Part shown: piece by piece, positions 53,639 through 64,000 of the stretch | Layout of the letters: each line of letters begins with the position of its first letter | How positions within the stretch are numbered: the stretch's first letter is position 1 | From: Paraspadella gotoi | Taxonomy: Eukaryota; Animalia; Chaetognatha | NCBI GenBank assembly: GCA_051294375.1 | Contig: CM119265.1 | Location: forward strand, 15,228,963 to 15,292,962 | Length of the DNA: 64,000 bases | Direction: 5' to 3' | Notes under the pieces: generated by a model | Told to the model about the DNA's origin: nothing | Databases searched by the model: none | What the model saw: the letters and a program-made list of their open reading frames with translations, nothing else | Translations under genes and position numbers: made by a program

Positions 53639-54044
53639 CGGGTGCTGATGTCGTTAATGAAGACATTTTTTGACATCCGGAATTTTTGCTTCGGCGACAA
53701 TTTTTCACATTTAATTTCACATGAAATAAATGAAGTCACGAGAAAGAGAGGTTGTGAAAGAAAGTAAGGAAAAAAAGAAAGAAAGAAATGGAAAAAAATA
53801 GAAAGAGAAAAAAAGAATAAATGGGAAAGGATTAAGAAGACAAGAATAGATTGGATGTTTTTTTGGGGGGGAATGGAACCAGGGGTGGAACCAAAGTCGA
53901 AAATGGGACAGTTAAGAATGAAAAGGAAGAAAAAAAGTCAAAAAACTGAATGGGCGAAAATAAGAATGAAAAAAAAATGGGGAGGCGAAAAAAAAGTGAT
54001 GAAAGAAAAAAAAGAATTAAAATAAAAAGGAACGAGGGAAGAAA

Positions 54045-54078
<34 letters not shown>

Positions 54079-54204
54079 AGAGAGATGAGAGAGAGAGAGA
54101 GAGAGAGAGAGACCAGGCGTTGCTCTACGAAGAAAAATGTGAAGTTACTTCGCGAACCATGAGCTGATCTACGATATAGAGAAGGAAAAAAAAGGAAGAA
54201 AAGG

Positions 54205-54480
54205 GAGATGAGGAGGAAGAGGAGGAGGAAGATGAAGAGGAGGAGGAGGAGAACGAGGACGAGCGGGAGGAGGATGAGGAAAGTAGGAGAGAGGAACGAA
54301 GAACCAGACTAAGAACGATGACGAAGAGGACGACAACGACTCCCGACGATTTCGACGACGATTGGGGGGAGGAGGAGGAGGAAGAGGAAGAAGAGGAGGA
54401 GGAGGTTTAGGAGGAAGAGGAAGAAGAGGAGGAGGAGGTTTAGGAGGAAGAGGAAGAAGAGGAGGAGGAGGAAGAGGAGC
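54205..54480. repeat. GGA/GAA-rich low-complexity tract containing a ~33-bp tandem unit
   Basis: GGAGGAAGAGGAAGAAGAGGAGGAGGAGGTTTA repeated. Confidence 0.8.
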
Positions 54481-54916
54481 TCCGGATGGGACAATCACGT
54501 CTCGACCAAGAATTCCGCCACGCCTACCTTTTATTTCTCATCATAATGTTTTCCTTTCGCTTTTTTTTTTCCTTTTTTTATTTTTATTTTGGAGACGAAG
54601 AGAGAAAGAGAGGGCGTTTCTTTCCCACTTTCTTAACTTTTATATGTTCAAAGGTCGAATCGTTTATAGATTTTAGGTCTTAAAAATTGTATTTCGATTT
54701 TTAAAATTCCGTTTAAGTTTTTCTATCACTTTCTTTTCCTCCTTGTCCTTTATTTCTTCCCTTCCTCCTCCTCCTCCTCCTCCTCCTTTTCAGTCCGTTT
54801 GTTCTTCATTCCATGGTGCCAAGATTTTTCAATGGTGTCACGCTTATGGCTGTTGGCTTGAGTGGCGCTCTGGTTTTCAGGCAGGATTGAACGGGCTCTC
54901 TCTCTCTCTCTCTCTT

Positions 54917-54984
<68 letters not shown>

Positions 54985-55536
54985 CCGTCATTATGACGAC
55001 ATTAGCGCACCATTCCGAAAAGTGTGACAGATTAAATCAGGTAGCGGAGGGAAAGATTGGTTTCTACCGCGTATCAAGGTACGATTATTAAAATAAAAAT
55101 AAAAATTTTATACTTACATATAATTAATTAAACGCAGTTCGAGTTTAAAAAAACCTATTTCCGGTCTGAAATAATTTAACTGAACCTAAAATTATTTTCC
55201 CTTCCTTAATTATCTAATAATGAAACTCATTTTTTCGTTTTATTTTATTGCATCTTCGAGATTTTCTTAATTTCATAAGCGCTTGTTTATAAACTCGTTA
55301 AATTTTAAAACGATCTCCTCGTTCTAAAAGCTCACGATTAACGGCCAATCGTACTTCTGCAAGATTCGCAGTTTTTTGTAAGAATCAGGTGGACGTATGC
55401 CACGCTGCTTGATAATTCGCGATTGCGTTAGCATGCTTGATAAGTGCGCCCGCTCTATTCACAAAGCCAGCGAGTCCGCCATCGTCGGCCGTGGGCGTGG
55501 CCAGCGGACCTAAATAGAATGAAGACAGAGATAAAC

Positions 55537-55567
<31 letters not shown>

Positions 55568-55570
55568 AGT

Positions 55571-55619
<49 letters not shown>

Positions 55620-55903
55620 GACGAGAGAGAGAGATGTGATGCGATTTCCGCAGAAATTCTCTCTCACCAATTTTGTGAAAAGCCTTCATTTCGTTTATCT
55701 GATCGACCATATTTTTTCAGTTCAAAAATTTTGTTTAAATTTGCATTTGGATCGATTCGATTTTTTCCAGTTTTCTGCTTCTGTCTAATTATAGCCGCTT
55801 CTTCATCTTTTAAAATATTTTCCTCATTTGTTAATCTTTATTTCCACAATAACCTAGACCTCTTTATGATTATTAAAAGTCGAAAAAAATATATCTTCTT
55901 TGC

Positions 55904-55994
<91 letters not shown>

Positions 55995-56693
55995 CAAGAA
56001 AGAAAAAAGTTAAGAAAGCATAAAAAGAAAGGCACAACGGCGACGATCTGAAAGATGATGAAAATACTTATCGAATTATGACAATGAAAAAAAAAATCGG
56101 GACTAAGAGAAATCTCCGAGGGGTGAGCGACGAATAGAAAAATGAAGAGGAGAAAGCGGATTGAAAGAAATAGGGCGAGGAAGAGCGTTTGGTGGATGAG
56201 GGGGGATGAGTGAAATAGATGAAGCGGTGGAGGGGGGGGTGTGACAAACCTTGCGAGAGAAGTTCCAAGGCCAATATGATGAATGCCTTTTTGAACTCTC
56301 GCCCTCTCATGGATCCTCCTTTCGCGCCTCGGATTTTGCAGAATTACTTTTTTTTTCTTTCTCTTTTTGTGAAACTTTCTTTTATTTTGTTTTTTCACCT
56401 TTTTTTTCTTTCTTTAATTTCTTAGGCTCGCTTTATTTTTTTTTTCGTGCTTTCTTTTTCTGCCCTTCCTATAATGTTTTTTTTATTCTTTCTTTTTATC
56501 TCTCTCTCTCTATCTCTGCGTATTTTTTTCTTTTCATGTTTTTTTTTCCTTCTTCCTTTCCCTTTCTATTTTTCCTGTCCTATTGAAAACACTTGTTTGC
56601 TCAGTTTTGCTTCTCTTGATTCAGCGAAAAATTTAAATTGGGATCGCAACTGGAATAAAGCCACGTGACACTGAGAACCGATGGAGTTGACGA

Positions 56694-56785
<92 letters not shown>

Positions 56786-57357
56786 ATGAATGAATGAATG
56801 AATGAATGAATGAATGAATGAAAGAATAAAAGGAGGGGAAAGCCCTGGGACTCCCTCGCTCTATATTTCAAAAAAAAAGATGAATCGACTTTCGCGGGGA
56901 AAAAGAAAAATTTTGAAGGTAAAGACGAAAAGACGGATTCGGCGGGTGAGATGATGCCGAGCCATGCGATCCGCGGGACAAGCAAAAGCTTGGTAAACAA
57001 ACGATATCGAAGGAAAAGAAAAAACGGAGAACAATGAAAGCCCCGCAGGAGAAAAAAAAAACTTTTGAAAAGCGTCGTCGTTATTGTTGTGGTATCGGGG
57101 AAGGTTGTAATACTGAAAGACGAAAAATCATTATGAGAAGACGGAGAGAAGAAAGGAAAAGTCGAAAAAGAAAAAAAAGGGGAAAGAAAATAAAGGAACA
57201 AAAATGGAGAAAGAAAAAAAGAAAGGTGATAAAAGAGAAGAAGGCGTTAGTCAACGTGAAGATAGGACTTCCACGCCCTGACGGATGAGGATATTGCCAC
57301 CCAGAAAAAAGGAGGACGGAAATCGGGGCCATGAGAGAGAGAGAGAGAGAGAGAGAT

Positions 57358-57397
<40 letters not shown>

Positions 57398-57728
57398 GAC
57401 AGAGAAAGAGAGAGAAGAAAGAAATAATATGAATTTTTCTTCAGAATATTGAAGATTGGAGGAGAAAAAGAAAGACAAAGAAAGAGAGAGCAGAGAAGGA
57501 AGACGGAGTTGAGAGAGAAGAGAAAGAAGTTAAAGAAGAGATAGAGAGATGAGAGAGAGAGAATAAGACAAGGAAGAAAATTATGGGAAGAGCCACCCTT
57601 TAGCTAGAAATGTGAAATTGTTATTTTCTTGACCGAACTTATGAGAAAGGAAATCGTCCTGTCTCCCTCGTGTTCTCAGGACGAAACGTCAAGAGCTTCG
57701 ATGAATTGCCTCCTTTTTATTTCTTATT

Positions 57729-57808
<80 letters not shown>

Positions 57809-57861
57809 GTCTCTCTCTTCTCTCTCTCTCTCTCTTCTCTCTCTCTGTCTCTCTCTCTGCT

Positions 57862-57923
<62 letters not shown>

Positions 57924-60004
57924 CTCTCTCCTCGTTAAAAAAAAACCACTTGTTGAAAGAGAATTGTCCGCCTGGTCCCCCCCCTCTCTTTCTCAACGCC
58001 CCCTCTAACCCCCCGCTCCACTGCCCTCCCCCCACCATCCATCCACCACAAATGTGGAACGAGGAAAGAAGGAAGGAAAATTAAGTTTTTCTGTTTTCAA
58101 GCACGAAAGCTCTTTTCCCGGACTCGGAATGCCCCGTTCCTCCGTCTCGGTCCTACTCCCCCCTCCCGCCGTCAATTGGCTTCTCTCTCTCTTCCCGGTC
58201 ATCCGAGCCTCGATTGTCATTTCGGATTGTCATCTCCGGTTGTCATCGCAGATTGTCAACAGCGGAAAGGAAGCCCGCGCTGTCCGAACGCCCGAGTCGG
58301 TTTATAAAGAAACGCGATCGGAGAGAAAGACTCTCGATGAGCGTACAATGTAGCGGCCGTCGGACGACGCGAAGAATTAAGAAGACGCATTTCCGGTTCG
58401 TTTTTATAAAAGGGTTTTTTTCTTCTTAGCTTTGACATCAGGTGATTATTAAATGGGTATCACCAATACAAAAATATTAATTTAATCAATTAACATTGTT
58501 TGTTTGTCGAACAGTTTTGTCTTTAGTTTGGATATAACAGGTTAAGGACTTCCATGCCTCTTACGAGATGATAAAAAAGGAAAACCCTTCAAGTTTTTTT
58601 TTTGTGTTTCGAGAACCAGAACCTTTATAAGATTCCGGAATTTTATAATAATTTAAATTATAAAATTACTAAGACGGTCTTTTTTGAATTTAAGATGATA
58701 ATGTCCTCGCTGCGGCCTTTGAGGAAACAACTTTTATACTATTTTATTTTTATCTTACCAAGTTTTTTTTTGAGCCTCATGTCTTTCGAAACGGACGAGA
58801 CTGTAGTTTTTATTTTTTACATGACGGCTACGATTTCGGGAAGGAAAGAATATTTTTTTAAGCTAAAAAAACGCGATTAAAATCTGACCAGCGGCGGCTG
58901 CGGTTCCGGCGGCGGCTGCGGCGGCTGCGGCGGATTTGCTGTCGTCCAGCCGCATTGCCTTCTTCTTCGACTGAGGATTGTGGTATCATGAAGTCTCTCA
59001 TGAATTCTTCTTCAAATTTTTTTTTAGGTTTTGTTTTTCTTAGATTCGACTTTTAATCATTGATTCAATCGATTCCTTTCTCTTTCTTTCACTGCGGTGA
59101 CTTAAGCCCGGGACGACTTTGAAAGGTCTCATGGGATTTTTTTGTTAACATAATTTTTATAAACAAAACACACTTGAGTTTAAACCCTAGACACTGTAAA
59201 TTTTGAGAGGAGCGGCACTCCAACGTTCTCCCAAAAAATATATTTTTCTGATTTTTAAAAAGTAATGTTTGCGATAGAAAATCGTTAATTTTTTACATTT
59301 GTACAACTTACAAAAATTTTTAATCAGTCGTTCGGTGCTAGTATCGTAACCGAAATAAACAAGACAAGCAGAATGAGAGAGTGAGAGAGAGAGAAAGAGA
59401 AAGAGAGAGAGAGAAAGAGACGAAAAGCAAGATTTGTTGAGACGCCACCGGAAAAAAAAATGGGCGTGAGGGAAGGAAATAAAGAAGCTTAGCCAAGCTT
59501 AGCTCTTGGGAGAAAGGAAGCCAGACCAAGACTGAAGCTCCACCAAACTGATTCTCTGCCACGTATCTCCTTTTCCTTTCTTCTTTTTTCTTCTTTAGTC
59601 TGACTAAAAGGTGTAAATTGTTAAATTGTTAACAATGGATAAATTTTTAACTTGTGTTGAAAGCAACTCTGTTAAAACATAGTGATAGGGATTAGCCATT
59701 AGGGAATAGTCACTGGTCAGTGGTCACAGTCGTCAGTCCCGCCATTGATTTTACGCCTTTTGTCTCGAGATTCGACTTGAACCGGCAAGTTTAACTTTGT
59801 TGGGTACAAGTGCTTCCGGATGATAACGTAACTTTACAACTCTGAAACACATGAACAAGCATCAGTTAATGATGACTGACCTGTCTGCAAAATATCAACC
59901 ATCTTGGCAACTTTCTGTTTATCTGATAGCATAAGAATGAAATTTATGCATATTAAGCATCTCGTGGTATTTAACCTTTCTACCAATTATTATCAAAAAT
60001 ATAA

Positions 60005-60052
60005 AGAGCATTTAAAATGTAAGTGAGACAGACCGACTGACCGACCGACCGA
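60005..60052 (-). mobile_element. Fragment related to the DINE-1-like element at 15.6 kb
   Basis: GCATTTAAAATGTAAGTGAGACAGACCGACTGACCGACCGACCGAAA resembles GCGTTTTTAACGTAAGTGGAACAGACCGACGGAC..CCGAAA at ~15616-15686, but lacks the terminal hairpin. Confidence 0.4.
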
Positions 60053-61005
60053 AAAGTTCTTGCCAAGTTATTTGTTTACTACCGTCCGATTTTCTTCGTC
60101 TACTTTTCGTGAAAGGTTTTCCGCGTCGGTTGTCGACTCGCGAAATATTTCTCCGCGTTATTCCCTCCTTTGGCCGTTTGTCCATTCGAAATCAAAACTT
60201 TTCTCACACTTTTTTGTACCGAAAGCTTTACCTCCACACAATTTTCTCCCATAGATTTTGAGCAATTACTCTGCCATCATCATCATCGTCGCGCCTTCCA
60301 CCACTGCCACCTACCACTCGTTCCCCACCTCTTTCCCACCCTGCTCCCCCACTTCCCCCAACCTCCTTCGCCCAAAGTATCGATTCCATCTATTTTTCTT
60401 CTGCCTCTCATCTTTTTTCCGTCTTTCACGAGTCCAATCTTCGCTCCTTTTTCTTTCCACTCTTTGCGCCCAGAGTCGATTCCGCCTTTTCCCCTTTCAC
60501 TCACTTTCACGTTTCCCTCCGCGCATTTTTTTTTCACTTTTGCTTTCACTTTATGGATTCTGCTTTCCTGGCCGCTTTCGCTTTCTCGATTTTGCTTGAC
60601 TTTCGCTCTTTTACTGTTGCTTTCAAGAATTCTGCTTGTCTCGACTTACTCTTTCGATTTCTCGATTTTCCTTTCTTCTTTCAAATAAAATATCGCGTTT
60701 TGTGATCTCTATTTTCACCTTCGCTTTTTTCTGTCTCGCTTTTCCGTTTTCCCGAATTTTCCGATTCCACTTTTCTACGAACTGTTTTCTTCACGTTTCG
60801 TCATCAAAGATTCCAAAACTTCACTACGAATTTATCTACTAAAATTTTAACTATAAATTTATCTTTTAAATGCGCTACTGACCCTCGTCTACCGATTTTC
60901 CCCCGATCCATTCACCTGCTCTGTTCCCATCACCGGCAGCATCATTCCCATTTCCCATTTCCCAGCCCTTTTCACCATTTGCTCTGCGCGGCGTCCAAAG
61001 CTCGA

Positions 61006-61037
<32 letters not shown>

Positions 61038-61808
61038 CATCTCGGGCGAGAAAAGCGTAATTTCCTGGAAACTAATGATTTGGAAAGAATCAACGGCATC
61101 AGGTAGAGGCTGAAAGTATTGGGGACAACGAGCTGGCGCCGACGACGACGACTACGACGACGAGAAAAAAGCCAAATTCCATTAAAGTGGTTTCATTTGA
61201 TGTCAGCGCTTAAAAAGACAACTCATTAAATTCTGGTTTAATCGTTTCAGGCGACCTCTGACTAAAGTCGTTCTCGTTTACGTAATTTGAGATAATGGGC
61301 CCCTGACGCTTTTGCGCCTAGAACGACCAAATCGAACACTATCGAGTGCACAAAAAAAAAATACCTTGCTTTTAGCACGTTACAAATATACAGAATATTA
61401 AACGTAAAGTGTGGTAGCGGCATGATCGTTTCACGCTACACGTAAATTATCTTTCTTTCTCCGTTTCGAGTTTTCACAGCCAGGGTGTCGTCAGGAAAAG
61501 ACTGAGATTAAGACAGACGATCCGGTAATCAAATCCTATTAGTTGGCCGGCCACTCTTTGTACTCACCATTACAACGAACGCTAAACTGTTTTTCCGGCT
61601 TTTGCTTGTGGGACACTTTCGTATTAACATTCGGTCGTTGTAAGGATTAGCAAAACAACCACATTGCCTTTTCGATCAACCGTTATACACTGCAGTCCTG
61701 AGTCTTCATTCGCTCCCAGGCGCCAATGACAACGACAACAGTCAAGTCTTAACAGTTTTAGAAGTGACGAAGCAGAAAAATCTTGTTATCATGAATATAA
61801 AATTATTT

Positions 61809-61842
<34 letters not shown>

Positions 61843-61849
61843 ATTCTCT

Positions 61850-61892
<43 letters not shown>

Positions 61893-62293
61893 CTCCCCTC
61901 GAGTTCTATGTTTCGGTCCGTATTTACTTAATCCCCTTGAATAGGCACGAAATCATCCTGTTGAATTCCCAAGGCTCCCAATAGAGACCCTTACCAAAAA
62001 ACTCTTTCCAAAGTTCGCTTCCCTCGCAGTGATGTAACAAAAGAAACTTATCTTAATTATAATTGTTTTTTAGGCGAATAATTTCGTTATTCATAAAATG
62101 TACAAAGAATTGTACGACCTCGTTGATATTCACTCAAATCTTATTTATTTTATTGTGCGATATCGCTTTTTTTTTTGTTATTACAATACGAATGAATGTA
62201 TGTTTTATCTTTGATAACTGGGGGTTCCGATCGAAACCCAAGTTTCGTAACTCGAATCTTCTCTCTTCAATCACCCGATGTAAACGGAGTGAG

Positions 62294-62374
62294 CACGTGA
62301 TCTCCGAAACGTGATCACGTGAAGATAGAATTGGAAAACGTGACTCTTTTTTTCATAACAGATCGAGTATAAAA
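62294..62374 (+). promoter_or_regulatory. Putative lipocalin promoter: E-box/ACGTG cluster plus TATA box
   Basis: CACGTG (62294-62299), AACGTG (62308-62313), TCACGTGA (62315-62322), AACGTG (62337-62342), then TATAAAA (62368-62374) about 125 bp upstream of the ATG. Confidence 0.6.
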
Positions 62375-62499
62375 GAGAAGATCTGCCCTTTATTTTTCTT
62401 CCGTTTTTTCCCCGATTTCTTTCTCCTTTAAATTTTCTCTTCAACGTAATTTTTTTTCAGCTTCTTTTTTTTTTTTTTGTTTTAAACTATACAAGAAAA

Positions 62500-63742
62500 A
62501 TGAAATTTCTTTTGGGGATTCTCCTCGTTTTTTTGGCGGCGATTCGACTGACGCTCAAAAATTCAAAGGATCTTCTCGGACGTGTCCCAAAGTAAGTTCG
62601 AATGCTTCGCTTCCGTAGCTTTCAACGATATTAACATTACTCGTTTTCAGTGCTAAAGAATCTCTAATAAAAATATCCGCTAAAATGAAATAACCTGTCG
62701 CTGCGCGTGAGGTACTTAAACAATTATTATATATATATATATATATATATACTTTTAGGTAATACGAAGGAGAATTTTAATGTTACCAAAAGTAACTTGG
62801 GACGCTGGTACGAAATTAGAAAAGTATCCCAACTCGTTTGAAAAGGGCATGAGTTGTTAACCAAAGTCGATGTACGAGCTCAACAAGGACGGTTCTGGTT
62901 ACATTCAACGTTAACCAATTTCGGAGTAAGTGGATTCAAATCAATTTTGGTTGTAAGATGTACATTATATTTATAAAATTAAATTTCGCTCCTTTGTTTT
63001 TTCTCTCGCAAGTTGATGACCGATGACCAGAAGTCCATACCGAGGCCATCGGTGAAAGCCAGGCAAAGTCCATCTTCAACGGTTGCCTTCACGACTTGAA
63101 GTAAGTCGAAACACAGACGGAAAGAGTGGCTTACTGAGCTTAACGGTGGATGCTTTTGCTCCACCTGTCACTTTTCTTCAGGTTCGATTTTCGAAATGGC
63201 AGCCGTGGGTCAATACCTCGTTCTGGATACCGACTACGAATTCCTACACGGGTAGCCAAATTAATTGAGACTGTAACAGACTTTTTGTTCAATTTGTAAA
63301 ATTATCAATTCTTTTCGATTGGTAACAAACTTAATGAACTCGGTGACATTTTATGGCAGCCTGAGAGCCTGGCTCTCTTAAAGTCCTATAACGAAGTAAG
63401 AGAATTTTTTTAACGATTTATACAGAAATATTACGTTTTTGTTTATGGGTATCATATTTCAAAATTTTTTTCATATTTCAGTGGTCTACTCTTGCACTAA
63501 CTTGTATGTAGCCCGAGTGGAATTTCTTTGGATCATGTCGCGTCAAAGGTGAGTGCCTTTTCATTGGACAAACGTTAAGTTAAGCTTAATGCCTTTTTAA
63601 TATGTAGCTTAATGTTTTCTCTCTCAGAACTTTGGACCCAGAGACTCACGAGAAACTATACAACCTCTTGGAGGACTACGGAATCGACACTACCAACTTG
63701 GAGGCCGCTAACCAAAACGCTACCTTCTGCGCCAAATCGTGA
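62500..63742 (+). CDS. ApoD: Apolipoprotein D / Lazarillo-like lipocalin, 6 coding exons (indels in exons 1-4, probably sequencing errors)
   Basis: Exons ~62500-62591, 62759-62925, 63013-63100, 63182-63251, 63482-63548 and 63628-63742, with GT..AG introns. Reconstructed peptide: signal peptide [61 protein letters not shown] (lipocalin SCR1 GxWY); EAIGEARQ; VRFSKWQPWGQYLVLDTDYE (SCR2 TDY); VVYSCTNLYVARVEFLWIMSRQR (SCR3); TLDPETHEKLYNLLEDYGIDTTNLEAANQNATFC. Four Cys in the ApoD pattern. Confidence 0.93.
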
Positions 63743-64000
63743 AAACTCCAAGGCGCGACGTGCACGGAGCCATTGGGCTCTGGCCACCTGGCGGTTGACA
63801 ACGACCATTGTCCAGGCGTTGCGTGATAGACGTCGTCTCAACAAACTTGAGAATAATTATATTTATCTTACTACGAAAACACGCGTATTAATGACTTCTT
63901 AGTGTTTAAAAATGTAATCATTTCATATTAAAACGTGATCAGTGTTAGCGATGTGGTTTTTATTACCTCGAATTTTGCGAAATGATTTTCATTTTCCTCA

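Noticed and set aside
54169-54498. Proline-rich (extensin/formin-like) ORF
   Set aside because: Derived from a GGA/GAA low-complexity tract; no splice or domain support.

Overview
Eukaryotic (invertebrate, probably arthropod/crustacean; inferred from composition only) genomic DNA from a noisy, gapped assembly. It is dominated by microsatellites ((GA)n, (GAC)n, (GAAA)n, (GAT)n, (TAGA)n), and almost all ORFs in the supplied track are translations of these repeats or of N-gaps. Real structure: (1) positions 1-~15134 form a giant inverted repeat centred at ~8540. The spacer resembles a degraded PacBio SMRTbell adapter, so it is probably largely an assembly artefact. However, the left arm carries an internally deleted Ty3/Gypsy LTR element (6825-8031) and the right arm shows the exact empty site. 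(2) Several non-autonomous elements: a Tc1/mariner-type MITE with TA target duplications (35678-36464), a tRNA-derived SINE (~32355-32553), DINE-1/Helentron-like ends (~15610-15735, ~60010-60050), and an AT-rich foldback with a nearby internally deleted copy. (3) A six-exon apolipoprotein D/Lazarillo-like lipocalin gene (62500-63742, +), missed by the ORF track because of introns and indels, with a TATA box and an E-box cluster upstream. A few orphan candidate exons are noted at low confidence. I found no prokaryotic system, CRISPR array or clearly novel biological system.
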